A stretch of 64,000 bases of DNA, from the NCBI GenBank assembly GCA_963715865.1, contig OY970280.1, positions 704,001-768,000 on the forward strand. The letters run 5' to 3'. This DNA comes from Candidatus Bathyarchaeota archaeon. Lineage in GTDB: Archaea > Thermoproteota > Bathyarchaeia > Bathyarchaeales > Bathycorpusculaceae. Of the stretch, positions 28,189 to 38,506 are shown one piece after another. The notes beneath the pieces are model-generated. The model was not told the origin of the DNA and made no database searches. It saw only the letters and a list, made by a program, of their open reading frames with translations. The position numbers and the translations under genes are program-made. How positions within the stretch are numbered: position 1 is the stretch's first letter; every line of letters begins with the position of its first letter.

Positions 28189-29877
28189 ATTGGAAGAACG
28201 TCCTCTTCCTCATGCAGGTTGAACGCAAATCTGGCAGGCTGCTCAGAGGAATAAAAGCCACGAAATATAGGGAAAACACTTTCCTTGCTTATTGGCCATA
28301 CTGGGTAGCAACAATAATCGGTGTACTGGGCGGTTTACTGGCTAACTATATTACGTCTATTGTTTATTCAACCGCAGCAATTCCTAGTCTACCGTCATTA
28401 AGTAATGAAACACTCAGCGTTTTCGTTGTATTGCCAACGATTGTTTTAGTTATCAGTTTAGTATTCACCTTGCTGCAGCAAATCCAGCTTAGCGGTATCA
28501 AGGCAACAGCCCAGGTTATGTATTGGCTGCCGGTAACATGGCAAGAACATACTATGGCGTCCATCTTTGCTAACTTACTCGGGTTACCGATTGGGATTGT
28601 TCTAGGCTTAACTTCCGGAATAATCGTTTTTTCAATTTTCAACGGTTTAATTCTTCAGGCACTATTAACTGCACTAGTCTTTGTGTGCAGCGGCTTTCAT
28701 GGCTAGTTCCATAACGGAAATCCTAAGAGTGCTGCAGGTGCGTTTTATTGGTGCAGTTTACAAGTCAAGCGGCAGAGCAGCGATATGGGTCAGATTCATC
28801 GGTTCATTGCTGTTTTTCATCATTTTTTACATCTTATATTTCTATATAACTTCAGGATTTACATCATTCCTTCAGAATCTAACGCAAGCTCAGAGCGCTC
28901 TTTGGTACATACCTTTCATATGGCTAGCCCTAATCCTCTCGTATATCATCAAAGGGTTGTTTTTGCAAGGCATCCTATTCGTAGGCCTATCAGCATTATT
29001 CATTGCAGGCTTGTATTATCTTGCTGTCTCGTTAAACAAGCGGTTTGGGCTTTATGAACCGCCAGCAATAACGATTCAAAAAAGCGGTGTCTACACACCG
29101 AAAACTGGGCTTCTTGGCAAGCTTGGTTTCTCCAATGTCGAAGCAGCAATAATCCGAAAAGATTTGAGAGGCTTCACTAGACGTCGAGAGGTAATAGGTA
29201 TTTTTATCGCACCCATTATTATGATTATAATACCGCTCATGCAATCAATAGGTGTAACAAGTGGATCGGCAGCAAGCCAGGCTAACCCAATTTTTACAGG
29301 GATAATTTTTCTGTTGCCTGCCGGGTTTATGGCTATGCTGTTAGGAGAGATTTTGATAGGCGAAGAAGGACAAGCGGTATGGAGAATTTACGCTTCTCCA
29401 ATTTCACCCAAGAACTTAGTTAAAAGCAAATATTTCTTTGTAACACTCTTTTCAACAATTATTCTACTGATAAGTGGAACAATAGGGACCATATTTTACC
29501 ATCCATCCGCACAGGATGTAATTGTAGCTTTCCTTGAAGCTTTCTTCGTAGTTTTGGCTGTAGGCTCAATTTCACTTTCAATCGGTTTCAAAGGAGCTGA
29601 CTTCTCCGAAACGCGTAGAGCAAGAATGATACGTCAAGAATGGTCTTTGATAGGTGTAATTGTCTGCGCGGTTGCTGGTGCAGCGGTATTGGCGCCTTTG
29701 GTCCCGTATGTGATAGCTTCGTTTGCTTCATCTTTTATTCCTGGTTTATCAGCTAGTTCGTTTAACCTTGCCATTTCCGTTATCATCAGTGGAGTCATCT
29801 CTTTAGCCATCACCGCAGTTTTCTACCGGATAAATATTGGCCTAGCACAGGACCTGTTAAGAAAAGCTGAGGTTTAA
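28185..29877 (+). CDS. large ABC permease, single frameshift near 28680
   Basis: ORFs 28185..28706 and 28681..29877 join if one T is removed from GTCTTTGTG; multi-TM throughout. Confidence 0.75.
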
Positions 29878-29972
29878 AGAGAAAGAGCTTGAGCGATTCA
29901 GCCTTGCCTATTTTTACGGCAATGAACAGTCAAATTTAAAAGCATATAGCGAGACAACGTTAACTCGGCTAA

Positions 29973-30170
29973 GTGATGGCTATGGGTAATGAGGGGAAGG
30001 GAACGATATTTAGGCGAAAAGACAATAGATACCTGCTTTATCTGCCTGTTCGCTTGGTGGATGACAGCATGTTTCCATTAAAGTGTAATAGTTCGATGCC
30101 TGTTAAGGTAAGTTTTAGCCCTAACGATGGCAAGTTGATTGTGGAGAAGTGGAAAGAGAAAAAACCCTAA
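29973..30170 (+). CDS. small hypothetical protein, AbrB/swapped-hairpin-like
   Basis: RYLLYLPVRLVDDSMFP...VKVSF...KLIVEKW pattern. Confidence 0.55.
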   Translation: MMAMGNEGKGTIFRRKDNRYLLYLPVRLVDDSMFPLKCNSSMPVKVSFSPNDGKLIVEKWKEKKP

Positions 30171-30231
30171 AATTTCCCCTTCGGCAACTTTTATCTAACA
30201 GATTAAACATTGTTTTTTTAAGCGATGCTTT

Positions 30232-30672
30232 ATGAAAGAATTATCAATAAAGAGCCCAGCATTTGAACACGGCAAGCTAATTCCTAAAAAATACAGTTGC
30301 GACGGGCAAGACATCAATCCGCCTTTAACTATCGAAGGCATACCTAAAGAAGCGAAAACGCTTGTTTTAGCAGTGGATGATCCTGATGCGCCAAGCGGCA
30401 CGTTTGACCACTGGATTGTCTGGAACATTCCAGCCTCAGCCAGCAAGATAGGTGAAAACACGGTTCCAGGAACAGAGGGAATGAACAGCGCAAGACAGCA
30501 GGGCTATATGGGTCCTTGTCCACCTTCGGGTACGCACAGATATTTCTTTAAGGTTTACGCTTTGGATGCGGAGCTTAGTTTAGGTGCCAGCTCGAGAAAG
30601 AAAGATGTTGAAAAAGCAATGCAAGGCCACATTTTAGCTAAGGGCGAATTGGTAGGGTTGTATCGTAGGTAA
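30232..30672 (+). CDS. YbhB/YbcL (PEBP) family protein
   Basis: DPDAPSGTFDHWIVWNIP, GPCPPSGTHRYFF. Confidence 0.92.
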   Translation: MKELSIKSPAFEHGKLIPKKYSCDGQDINPPLTIEGIPKEAKTLVLAVDDPDAPSGTFDHWIVWNIPASASKIGENTVPGTEGMNSARQQGYMGPCPPSGTHRYFFKVYALDAELSLGASSRKKDVEKAMQGHILAKGELVGLYRR

Positions 30673-30808
30673 ACTTGCAGGAAAAGTTTGATGCATATTG
30701 ATATGCGAGGCCCAGGCGAGCAGATTTTCTTTTCGTTTTGTCAGCGATTACTATTCAAACGTTAAATACTGTCGTTTAATGATTATGTTAGCGATTGGTT
30801 GAGCACAT

Positions 30809-31984
30809 TTGAACCGCAAACACGTCATATTAGCCGCAGTTTTGCTTATCGCGCTGATTTCTGTATCACTTTTTTTAACCGTTAACATGCTTAACAAGCA
30901 AACTTCAACTACAACTAGGACCACAAATAGGCAATTTTATGTTGGCGTTGAGTTTGCTTATGCCGACCAATTTGGAGAATTGAAGGCTGTGGTGGATAAG
31001 GTTAAGGATTACACAAATCTTTTTGTCATGGGCTCAGTGGGTTTATCATTTAACCGAACCGCTTTGGATGAATCAGCCGACTATCTTTTTCAATCAGGGT
31101 TAAGTTTCGTCATTTTATTCACCAGTTTCCCCATGTACAATAATACGGATGGTTACTCGGACAATTATACTATTTTTAACTGGATGATTGATGCACAGCA
31201 CAGGTATGGAGACAAGTTCTTGGGCATTTACAGGTTTGATGAGCCAGGCGGAAACCAGCTTGACAAGGGACAATTTATGCTTATCAACGAGAGTAGCAGT
31301 TACGCTGATGCGGCTGAGAACTATGTTGGCAACCTTTCATCCCTATTGAAATATTACCTTGATAGAGGTGCTCGTCAAATATTCACTTCCGATTATGGAC
31401 TTTACTGGTTTGACTATAAAGCTTCATACAATACTGTTTTCGCCGAGTTCGTTGGAAACGAAAGCAGACAACGAATTATCGCACTAGATAGAGGCGCGGC
31501 AGAATCATTCAACAAGAGTTGGGGCGTTATAATTACTTGGAAATACGACCAGCCACCGTACCTTGAGTCAGGAGACGAATTATACTGCGACCTATCGCTA
31601 GCATACAGCGCTGGTGCGACATACGCGGTGGTTTTTAGCTACCCTAACGTTACCAGTTATGGCACGTTAACCCAAGCGCACTTTGAGGCTTTAGAAAAAT
31701 TCTGGAATGATATTCACACTAATCCAGGCAGCTTTGCTTCAAGCAACGCGGAGGTAGCGTATGTTATACCTAAAGATTACGGGTTTGGCTTTCGCAACCC
31801 CAACGACACTATCTGGGGATTATATCCAGCTGACGCGTTATCTCAAAAAATCTGGGACGACACAAACATCTTGCTCGCCAAGTGTTATTCCCACTTGAAC
31901 ATTATTTATGACGAACCTGAAGTGATCGCGCCAACCCTAAAAAATTACACATCGATTTTCTACTGGAACCAAACAATAACCTGA
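30809..31984 (+). CDS. secreted or membrane-anchored hypothetical protein, possible glycoside-hydrolase-like barrel
   Basis: N-terminal signal/TM; GIYRFDEPGG; aromatic-rich; many N-x-S/T sequons. Confidence 0.6.
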   Translation: MNRKHVILAAVLLIALISVSLFLTVNMLNKQTSTTTRTTNRQFYVGVEFAYADQFGELKAVVDKVKDYTNLFVMGSVGLSFNRTALDESADYLFQSGLSFVILFTSFPMYNNTDGYSDNYTIFNWMIDAQHRYGDKFLGIYRFDEPGGNQLDKGQFMLINESSSYADAAENYVGNLSSLLKYYLDRGARQIFTSDYGLYWFDYKASYNTVFAEFVGNESRQRIIALDRGAAESFNKSWGVIITWKYDQPPYLESGDELYCDLSLAYSAGATYAVVFSYPNVTSYGTLTQAHFEALEKFWNDIHTNPGSFASSNAEVAYVIPKDYGFGFRNPNDTIWGLYPADALSQKIWDDTNILLAKCYSHLNIIYDEPEVIAPTLKNYTSIFYWNQTIT

Positions 31985-32041
31985 CTAATCGCGAGAACTA
32001 GAATTTTTTTGTAAAAAAAAGAAAAGATGAAAGAATTTAAT

Positions 32042-34063
32042 TTATTGTGTTAGGTCGATTTGTGCTGTTTGTGTCATGTCTGTTAGGCTGTTTAGTTTCA
32101 CTTCTGCGTTTGATATTGTATAGAGTGTGTTGCCAATGTAGAGTGACCGGGTTATCCAGTAGTTTTGGCTATTGTAGTAAGTTGAACTGTCATTCAAGTA
32201 TCCTTGGTTGTTGAGTAAGGTCTCGTTTAGGTGTGTCACGGTGCCATTCAGCGTAAATCCGCCGTTTAAGGTGAGGCTAAACACGTATGCTCCTTGCCAA
32301 TAACCATAACTGCTGATGATGCTTGGGCTGACTCCTGACATTGACGGTGGAAGTGTCTGGGTGCTCTGGAGGTATATTTCTCCGTAGTTGGTTATTGAAA
32401 CAGGAATTACTAGCAGCTGCTTTTGTAGGTCGAAGAGGAAAGCTTTTGGATCATTAAGTGCAGTGGAACTGGTATAGTTGCCTTCAACAGTGTAATTTGC
32501 TATTTCCGTTGGGTTATTTATGTCTGTTACGTCGAAGAGCGAGAGCTTGAGCGTTTCGTTCTCCATTCCTAAACCGATAACGTGGTTTGCATCATAAGGA
32601 TGGAGGTAGCTTGAGTAGCCTGGGATTTTCAGTTGACCAGCAACTGTGGGCGCTTCTGGATTGCTTAGGTCAATTACAAAGAACGGGTCAGTTTGCTTGA
32701 ATGTTACAAGATAACATCTGTCGCCCATGAACCGCACGGAATAAAGGTTTTCGTTTTGTGCAAGACCTTCAAGTTTGCCTACGATGCTTAGGTTGGAGTT
32801 TAACACGTAAATGTTGTTCATTTGTGTCTCATTCTGCCAGTTGGTTGCTATTCTAAAATAGCTGTTGTATTCGTCCATTGAGTACTGGTTTATCGTGTAG
32901 CCTGGCACGCTGCCTTGTGCTTCAAAGGTTAATTGTGTGCCGTTAATGCTGACTCTGTAAATTGAAGTGAACTGCCCTCCGTCTGTCCATGTTGGATAGG
33001 TTACGTACATGTTGTTTTGGGAAACGTACATTGTACTGGCGCCCCCCATCATTACAGTCAAGTTTGTCGGCGTTTGTGCATCATCTAAGACGTTGATGCC
33101 GAAGAAGCTGGTGAATGTGTAGTAGCTTGGTTGTACCATGTCAGTGTAATAAACAGATGTTGGCGCAATGGCGCTTTCAGACTTGCCGTTGTAGATTGCT
33201 GGAAGAGTAACCGCGTTATTATATACCATTGCAGGTTGGCTGACGACAGCGTAAACATCGTTGCCTATCATTCTGGAGTCGAAATAGCTTCCACTGACAG
33301 TAAAGTTTCTGGTGAGCACAGGATTAGCTTTGTTGGATACGTCATAAACGTTAATGTAAGTGTAAACATCAGCTTGGTATGCCACTATCATTGGCATTGC
33401 AACACCTCCTGAACTTGGCAGCCCATTGCCGTAAGTGTAAGTTTCATATTTGCTTGCTAAAACTACAAGTTTGCTGCCATCTTGACTTAGGAACAATCCT
33501 GCTGGCTCAGTGTCATTTCCAAGAGATATCTTTGATACGACTTGTGGGTTTTGCGGGTCAGCATTAATGATATAAACTGCATTGCTTGTTTCAGAGTTGT
33601 AGCCACCGAAATAGTAGCCTGTGTTTTGGGTTGTCGATACAGTGTAGATATATTGCCCGTCTGTTTTCACCGTGTCCGCTTCATCGACTCCAGCGACTTG
33701 AATATTGGTGGTTGAATAACTTTCACTTGGTTGAGTCCAATAGGTAGTGGGCAAATTTTGTGAATTGCCTGTTGACTGTGAAATTGAAGCTGGCACCGGT
33801 ATTGGAGCTTGTTCACCGAAAAACTGAGAGTCTAAAGGTCCTCCGACAAAGGAGTAACTTTCTTGCGAAGTATTATTTATGTAGTTTCTAAGTTCTTGCA
33901 GAGAAGAGAAAGTTTTCATTCCTGACACAGAGGGGATTTGATTTGGCGGAAATATCAGCGGAGCAGAACCTAAAACGTAAATCATACTAACTAAGACTAT
34001 GGCTGAGAGCACTGCGACGGTTCCGTAAATTTTCGTTTTTTTTCTTACTTCTTTTTGTACCAT
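32042..34063 (-). CDS. secreted beta-propeller domain protein
   Basis: N-terminal TM; YSTTNIQVAGVDEADTVKTDG; YSVRFMGDRCYLVTFKQTDPFFVIDLS. Confidence 0.85.
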   Translation of the reverse strand: MVQKEVRKKTKIYGTVAVLSAIVLVSMIYVLGSAPLIFPPNQIPSVSGMKTFSSLQELRNYINNTSQESYSFVGGPLDSQFFGEQAPIPVPASISQSTGNSQNLPTTYWTQPSESYSTTNIQVAGVDEADTVKTDGQYIYTVSTTQNTGYYFGGYNSETSNAVYIINADPQNPQVVSKISLGNDTEPAGLFLSQDGSKLVVLASKYETYTYGNGLPSSGGVAMPMIVAYQADVYTYINVYDVSNKANPVLTRNFTVSGSYFDSRMIGNDVYAVVSQPAMVYNNAVTLPAIYNGKSESAIAPTSVYYTDMVQPSYYTFTSFFGINVLDDAQTPTNLTVMMGGASTMYVSQNNMYVTYPTWTDGGQFTSIYRVSINGTQLTFEAQGSVPGYTINQYSMDEYNSYFRIATNWQNETQMNNIYVLNSNLSIVGKLEGLAQNENLYSVRFMGDRCYLVTFKQTDPFFVIDLSNPEAPTVAGQLKIPGYSSYLHPYDANHVIGLGMENETLKLSLFDVTDINNPTEIANYTVEGNYTSSTALNDPKAFLFDLQKQLLVIPVSITNYGEIYLQSTQTLPPSMSGVSPSIISSYGYWQGAYVFSLTLNGGFTLNGTVTHLNETLLNNQGYLNDSSTYYNSQNYWITRSLYIGNTLYTISNAEVKLNSLTDMTQTAQIDLTQ

Positions 34064-34136
34064 ACTTTTTTCTCCATTAGGACTTATTATCATGTTGTTA
34101 TTTTATGCTAAGCTTGCGAACAAGCTGTTCTAACAG

Positions 34137-34583
34137 TTAGAATGGGCGCATATTCCATATTCGGTATGCCTCATACCAGAATATTGTGCAAACGATTGCT
34201 CCAAACGAGATTATGAAAAGGTTATCGCGAGTAAAACCATCAAAGAGCACCAGCAAATAAGCCACGTAAAACACGGTTGAGAACAGCGCGTAGAAGAAGT
34301 ATCTCGGAAAAAGCAACTTGCCAAGCTTCACGAAATGGCGAACCACACCAATCTTCACTTCACTAACCAACGAGTAGTGACCGCCAATTTCCTGTTTTTG
34401 CACTAAGCCTAACTCGCGCAACTGCTCAAGATGATGAAAAGCAATGCTGGGGCTGCTAAAATGCAGGGCACGCTGAACCTCACGGACTCCTACTGGACGA
34501 CCGTTTTTGAGAAGATACCAGTAGACTTTCCACGCTTTGCCTCGCAACGCGTACTCAAGCTCAGTTTCATCGTTCCCATTCAA
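34137..34583 (-). CDS. HTH regulator with C-terminal membrane anchor
   Basis: VGVREVQRALHFSSPSIAFHHLEQLRELGLV followed by two TM helices; start taken at TTG 34583. Confidence 0.7.
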   Translation of the reverse strand: MNGNDETELEYALRGKAWKVYWYLLKNGRPVGVREVQRALHFSSPSIAFHHLEQLRELGLVQKQEIGGHYSLVSEVKIGVVRHFVKLGKLLFPRYFFYALFSTVFYVAYLLVLFDGFTRDNLFIISFGAIVCTIFWYEAYRIWNMRPF

Positions 34584-34715
34584 CCAGTTGAACCCCGCTG
34601 GAACATACAACATTGCAGGGAACATATAAGTCCAATCATTAGAACAGCTTGTCTTATAATGTAATCCACTGAGCAATGGCAACGTTTGCTTCTACACGAT
34701 TGCCTAACAAGTTAG

Positions 34716-34738
34716 GAAAAAAAAGAAAAAAGAAGGGG
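34716..34738 (-). terminator. oligo-T terminator after cdvB-like gene
   Basis: Minus strand CCCCTTCTTTTTTCTTTTTTTT about 30 nt after stop. Confidence 0.55.
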
Positions 34739-34764
34739 CTAAGAGAAGAAGCGCTTCGTTTGCC

Positions 34765-35418
34765 TTAAGTTCTTGATTTATTACTCGCTGCGCCAGCTGG
34801 CATTCCAGGAGGCAAATCAGGGAAGTTTGCGCTGACTCTTTGTTCTGCGACGGTTGCTGCTTCAGCAAGGATTTTTTCCGCGTCTTCGTTTACAGAGTTG
34901 AAGTTCAGTGACATTCCGCTGCTTGTTCCTGCTTCAAACATTAAGCCGCTCAGCATGTTGCCGATGTCGCCTAGTTCGCCTTCTGCCTCAGGCAAAACAC
35001 CGCATAATCCAACGCTGATACTGCGCAGTACTCCAATGCATGGTCCCAATGTGACAACGACGTCTCCTAGCTCGGATACTGTCTTGATGCGGAGTGAAAC
35101 TTGGTCGAGTGCAAGTCTTGCGTTCATGATTATTTTTGACATTTTGCGAATCTCAGCTAGTTCGGTAGCGTAAATGTTGGCGTGTGCTGAATCATGTTTG
35201 GTATAAGCATCAACTAATTTAGCAAACAATGTCCTGTCTTTCTGTGTGAAGCGTTCATTAGCTTGGTCAAGCTTGTTGATTTGCAAGTCTAGTTTTCTGA
35301 CAGCGAAGTCTAAGCGTGGTTTTAATGGTGCTGGTGGCTGGATTGTTTCGAGTACTGTGTTAACGAGTGATTTTTCTTCTCTGTTAGGTTCCCATTTTTT
35401 AGCGAAATTTTCAGACAT
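34765..35418 (-). CDS. cdvB: ESCRT-III / CdvB (Snf7) family protein
   Basis: FAKKW...PLKPRL...IYATELAEIRKMSK...LALDQVSLRIKTVSELGDVVVTLGP; C-terminal FPDLPP. Paralog identity not resolved. Confidence 0.82.
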   Translation of the reverse strand: MSENFAKKWEPNREEKSLVNTVLETIQPPAPLKPRLDFAVRKLDLQINKLDQANERFTQKDRTLFAKLVDAYTKHDSAHANIYATELAEIRKMSKIIMNARLALDQVSLRIKTVSELGDVVVTLGPCIGVLRSISVGLCGVLPEAEGELGDIGNMLSGLMFEAGTSSGMSLNFNSVNEDAEKILAEAATVAEQRVSANFPDLPPGMPAGAASNKSRT

Positions 35419-35508
35419 GTTAACATCCTCTTGAATGGTGATGCAGCATAATGGAGATTTAATTGTTGCTAACATGCAGGTATATACGTGAAAAATAATA
35501 CGCGTTTT

Positions 35509-36360
35509 TTATTTGAATGTGCCAAAAATGTACGCTAACAAACCTATTATGAACCATAATAGAACCATGTTTTTGATTCGCCGAGAATTCTCACGCGAAT
35601 AATCCCTCAGCAAAAGCACAGAAGAACCTACAAGCCCAAAATCAGTCACCAAAACAAACGGAACAAACCAGATGCCCACCAAACCCAAAAGCCACGTAAC
35701 AGGCGTCAACGCCACCGCAGAAACATAAAACAGCACAGCAACAACCGCTGCGCTTCTTTCTCCAAACCGCACTGCCAGCGTCTTCATGCCCTCGGCGCTA
35801 TCGCCTTTCACATCCACAATGCCTTTCGTGATTTCCCTGCCCGTGTTGGACAGGAAAGCCATAGACGCAAACAACACCACATTCAAACTAACCCAACCAA
35901 CAGCGACTATGCTACCATAAATGAAGGGAATAGCCACGCATGCGCTGACCAAAAAGTTTCCAGGCAACCCACTTCGCTTACCCACAGTAAGGTACGTTGC
36001 AGTTATAACCAGAGAGGCCGCCGCCACGGCAAAGCACAGGATGCTTATCAGATATGCGAAAACGAAGCCCACAGCCGAAAGCACAACAACAAACGCCAAA
36101 GCTTCCCTGGTTTTCACTAAGCCGCTTGGAATGGGGCGAGATGGCTCATTGATGGCGTCGATAGCACGGTCGTAATAGTCGTTGATAATCATGGCCGCAG
36201 CGCAAAAGGTGAAGCCAGTCAGGAAACCGAACAAGATGCTTAGCCAGTTAAGGCTGCCAAATTGGGGGATAGCAAGAACCGCGCCTACAAGCACGGCGAA
36301 ACCCATCATTAAGCAGTTGACTGGTCGCATTAACCGGATGAAGCCGCCAAGTTTATTCAT
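35509..36360 (-). CDS. digeranylgeranylglyceryl phosphate synthase (UbiA family)
   Basis: MRPVNC, INDYYDRAIDAINEPSRPIPSG, REITKGIVDVKGD. Confidence 0.88.
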   Translation of the reverse strand: MNKLGGFIRLMRPVNCLMMGFAVLVGAVLAIPQFGSLNWLSILFGFLTGFTFCAAAMIINDYYDRAIDAINEPSRPIPSGLVKTREALAFVVVLSAVGFVFAYLISILCFAVAAASLVITATYLTVGKRSGLPGNFLVSACVAIPFIYGSIVAVGWVSLNVVLFASMAFLSNTGREITKGIVDVKGDSAEGMKTLAVRFGERSAAVVAVLFYVSAVALTPVTWLLGLVGIWFVPFVLVTDFGLVGSSVLLLRDYSRENSRRIKNMVLLWFIIGLLAYIFGTFK

Positions 36361-36765
36361 ACTGCTCTAACCATTTTTAACTGTTAAGTCTCATTAACAT
36401 ACGTATAAAAGCTTATACTAGTTTTCCTAGCCAGATTGCGCCTGGTCTCACTCTTTTTAAGAGTGATTTTCATAGGTAAAAAGAGGCATCCCCTCACTAC
36501 TTTGGCAGCCGCTGAAAGAAGCCAGTGCTCTATGAAGTTGGCTGAGGAGAGGGATACCCTCTTTTTGCCAGTCAAACGCCCAAACAAAATGCACCTACCC
36601 CTCTTCCCTCTGCCGCTGAAAACTCGCATGCCGCAAGAATCAACCAGAACATCATTCTTACCGCCTAAGTGGGAAAAGTAGCTATTTTTAAAGCATAATA
36701 GGTTATGAGAAACATTAAAAGGATTAGCATACAACCTATCTTTATAAAAGTAGATTGTTGGTGAA

Positions 36766-38064
36766 ATGTTGAGCGCCAATTACGCACCCCTAGTCGGAGA
36801 CAATTATGCTCCTGAAAAAATAAGAGTAATCATTCCAGTAGGCGGAAAAGCAACACGCCTCTTGCCCCTGACGGCTGAAACAAGTAAAGCCTGCTTACGC
36901 TTTTTGAACAGGCCGCTTGTGGAGTTTTCTCTTTTATCGCTGGCAAGCCAAGGCATACGCAACTTTATCTTCGGAGTGAAAGGCTACACCAACTACCGTG
37001 ACCTGTATGATTACTTTGAGTCAGGCTACGGGTTCTCAGCCCGCTACAACATCAAACCACGCATCCACATAAAATATCAGCCTAACGTTGAGGATTTGGG
37101 AAGCGCTGATTCAGCAAGAATAAACATGGAGTACTATGAACTTAACAGCCCAGTTTTCGCGGTTCAAGGCGACAACATTTTTGACATCAAAGTGAAGAGC
37201 TTAATTGATTATCACAAGGAAAAAGGCGCCGCCTTAACCATCGTGTTACGGGAAGTTGAGAACGTTGAAGGCTTAGGCATAGCCGACATCGACAAGAACG
37301 GTCGCATACAACGATTTGTTGAGAAGCCTTTGCCTAAAGATGCACCCAGTAACCTTGCGAACACAGGTTTGTACGTGATATCACCTGAAGTGAAAAAGAT
37401 TTTCAAGGAAAAAGGCATTCATCAAATCATTAAAGAAAGAAACAGGTTAGATTTCGGTTACGACTTCATTCCCTATGTGATTCAGACTGGACGCCCAGTG
37501 TATGGTTACACCTTGAAAGGCAACTGGTTTGACGTGGGCACGCCTAAAAATTACTTAGGAGCCATGAAAAATCTGCTGCACGGCAGCTTATCAACCCTCA
37601 ACGATTTCGGCGGAAGGTTAAATGAATCAAGCCTAATTTGGGTTCAAGGCGAGAGCAATGATTCAGAAAAACGCCGTCTAGAAACTATCCAGAAAATAAA
37701 GCAAAAGAAAATCACTATTGAAGGCGCTGTTCTGATCGGTAGACATTGCCAGATAGAAGACGGCGCAAGAATCGTGGACTCATGCATTGACAATTTCACT
37801 AGAATAGGCAAAAATGCTGTTGTATCCAACTCTGCTGTAATGGACAGAGTGATAATCGGAGAAAACGCTGAAGTATACGACAGCATAATCGGCAGACATG
37901 TAGTTGTTAACTCAAGCCAGCGTAAACCAACAAAAATAACCGCCGTCTCAGTAATAGCAGATGACGTAAAACTAGAAGAAGGCTGCTCCCTTACAGCATC
38001 AAAGATTTATCCGCACCAGTACATCCGTGGAGAATTCCAAAACCAAACAATAATAGCAAACTAA
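36766..38064 (+). CDS. NDP-sugar pyrophosphorylase family nucleotidyltransferase with C-terminal hexapeptide repeats
   Basis: PVGGKATRLLPLT, QGDNI, FVEKP, WFDVGTP. Confidence 0.85.
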   Translation: MLSANYAPLVGDNYAPEKIRVIIPVGGKATRLLPLTAETSKACLRFLNRPLVEFSLLSLASQGIRNFIFGVKGYTNYRDLYDYFESGYGFSARYNIKPRIHIKYQPNVEDLGSADSARINMEYYELNSPVFAVQGDNIFDIKVKSLIDYHKEKGAALTIVLREVENVEGLGIADIDKNGRIQRFVEKPLPKDAPSNLANTGLYVISPEVKKIFKEKGIHQIIKERNRLDFGYDFIPYVIQTGRPVYGYTLKGNWFDVGTPKNYLGAMKNLLHGSLSTLNDFGGRLNESSLIWVQGESNDSEKRRLETIQKIKQKKITIEGAVLIGRHCQIEDGARIVDSCIDNFTRIGKNAVVSNSAVMDRVIIGENAEVYDSIIGRHVVVNSSQRKPTKITAVSVIADDVKLEEGCSLTASKIYPHQYIRGEFQNQTIIAN

Positions 38065-38239
38065 GCACTACTATCGAACCTTTATTTTTTTTAATCGTTA
38101 GCAAAGAATTTTCATACGTTTTTAAGAATGTTGAACTTTTCCTAAATGAACTTTATTTCAAAGGTGATTATAGAATTACAATCTTAAAAGTAATCTTATT
38201 AAGTAACCTAAATATCATAATAAATGATGGTGAGCAAGT

Positions 38240-38506
38240 ATGGGTGAACAAGTTAAGGTGCTCCAAAAAGGGAAGATTACTATTCCAGCAGATATAAGAC
38301 AAAAATTGGGAATAGACGAAGGCGACTACGTCATATTGCAAATAATAGACAACAAAGTGGTCATTTTGTCTCCAAATACTGTTCCAAATCCAACAGAACT
38401 ACTTAGTGGTTTAGCTGAAGGAATAGAAATTAAAGAGACAGTGGAGCAAGAGCTAATAAAAGCATCTGCGGCAGAATTAAATAAGAAGCTATTGAGGGCT
38501 AAGTAA
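38240..38506 (+). CDS. vapB: AbrB/MazE-type antitoxin (VapB)
   Basis: KVLQKGKITIPADIRQKLGIDEGD. Confidence 0.82.
   Translation: MGEQVKVLQKGKITIPADIRQKLGIDEGDYVILQIIDNKVVILSPNTVPNPTELLSGLAEGIEIKETVEQELIKASAAELNKKLLRAK

Noticed and set aside
36384-36779. Small ORFs on both strands in the intergenic gap
   Set aside because: No motif, SD or coding-like composition; treated as non-coding.
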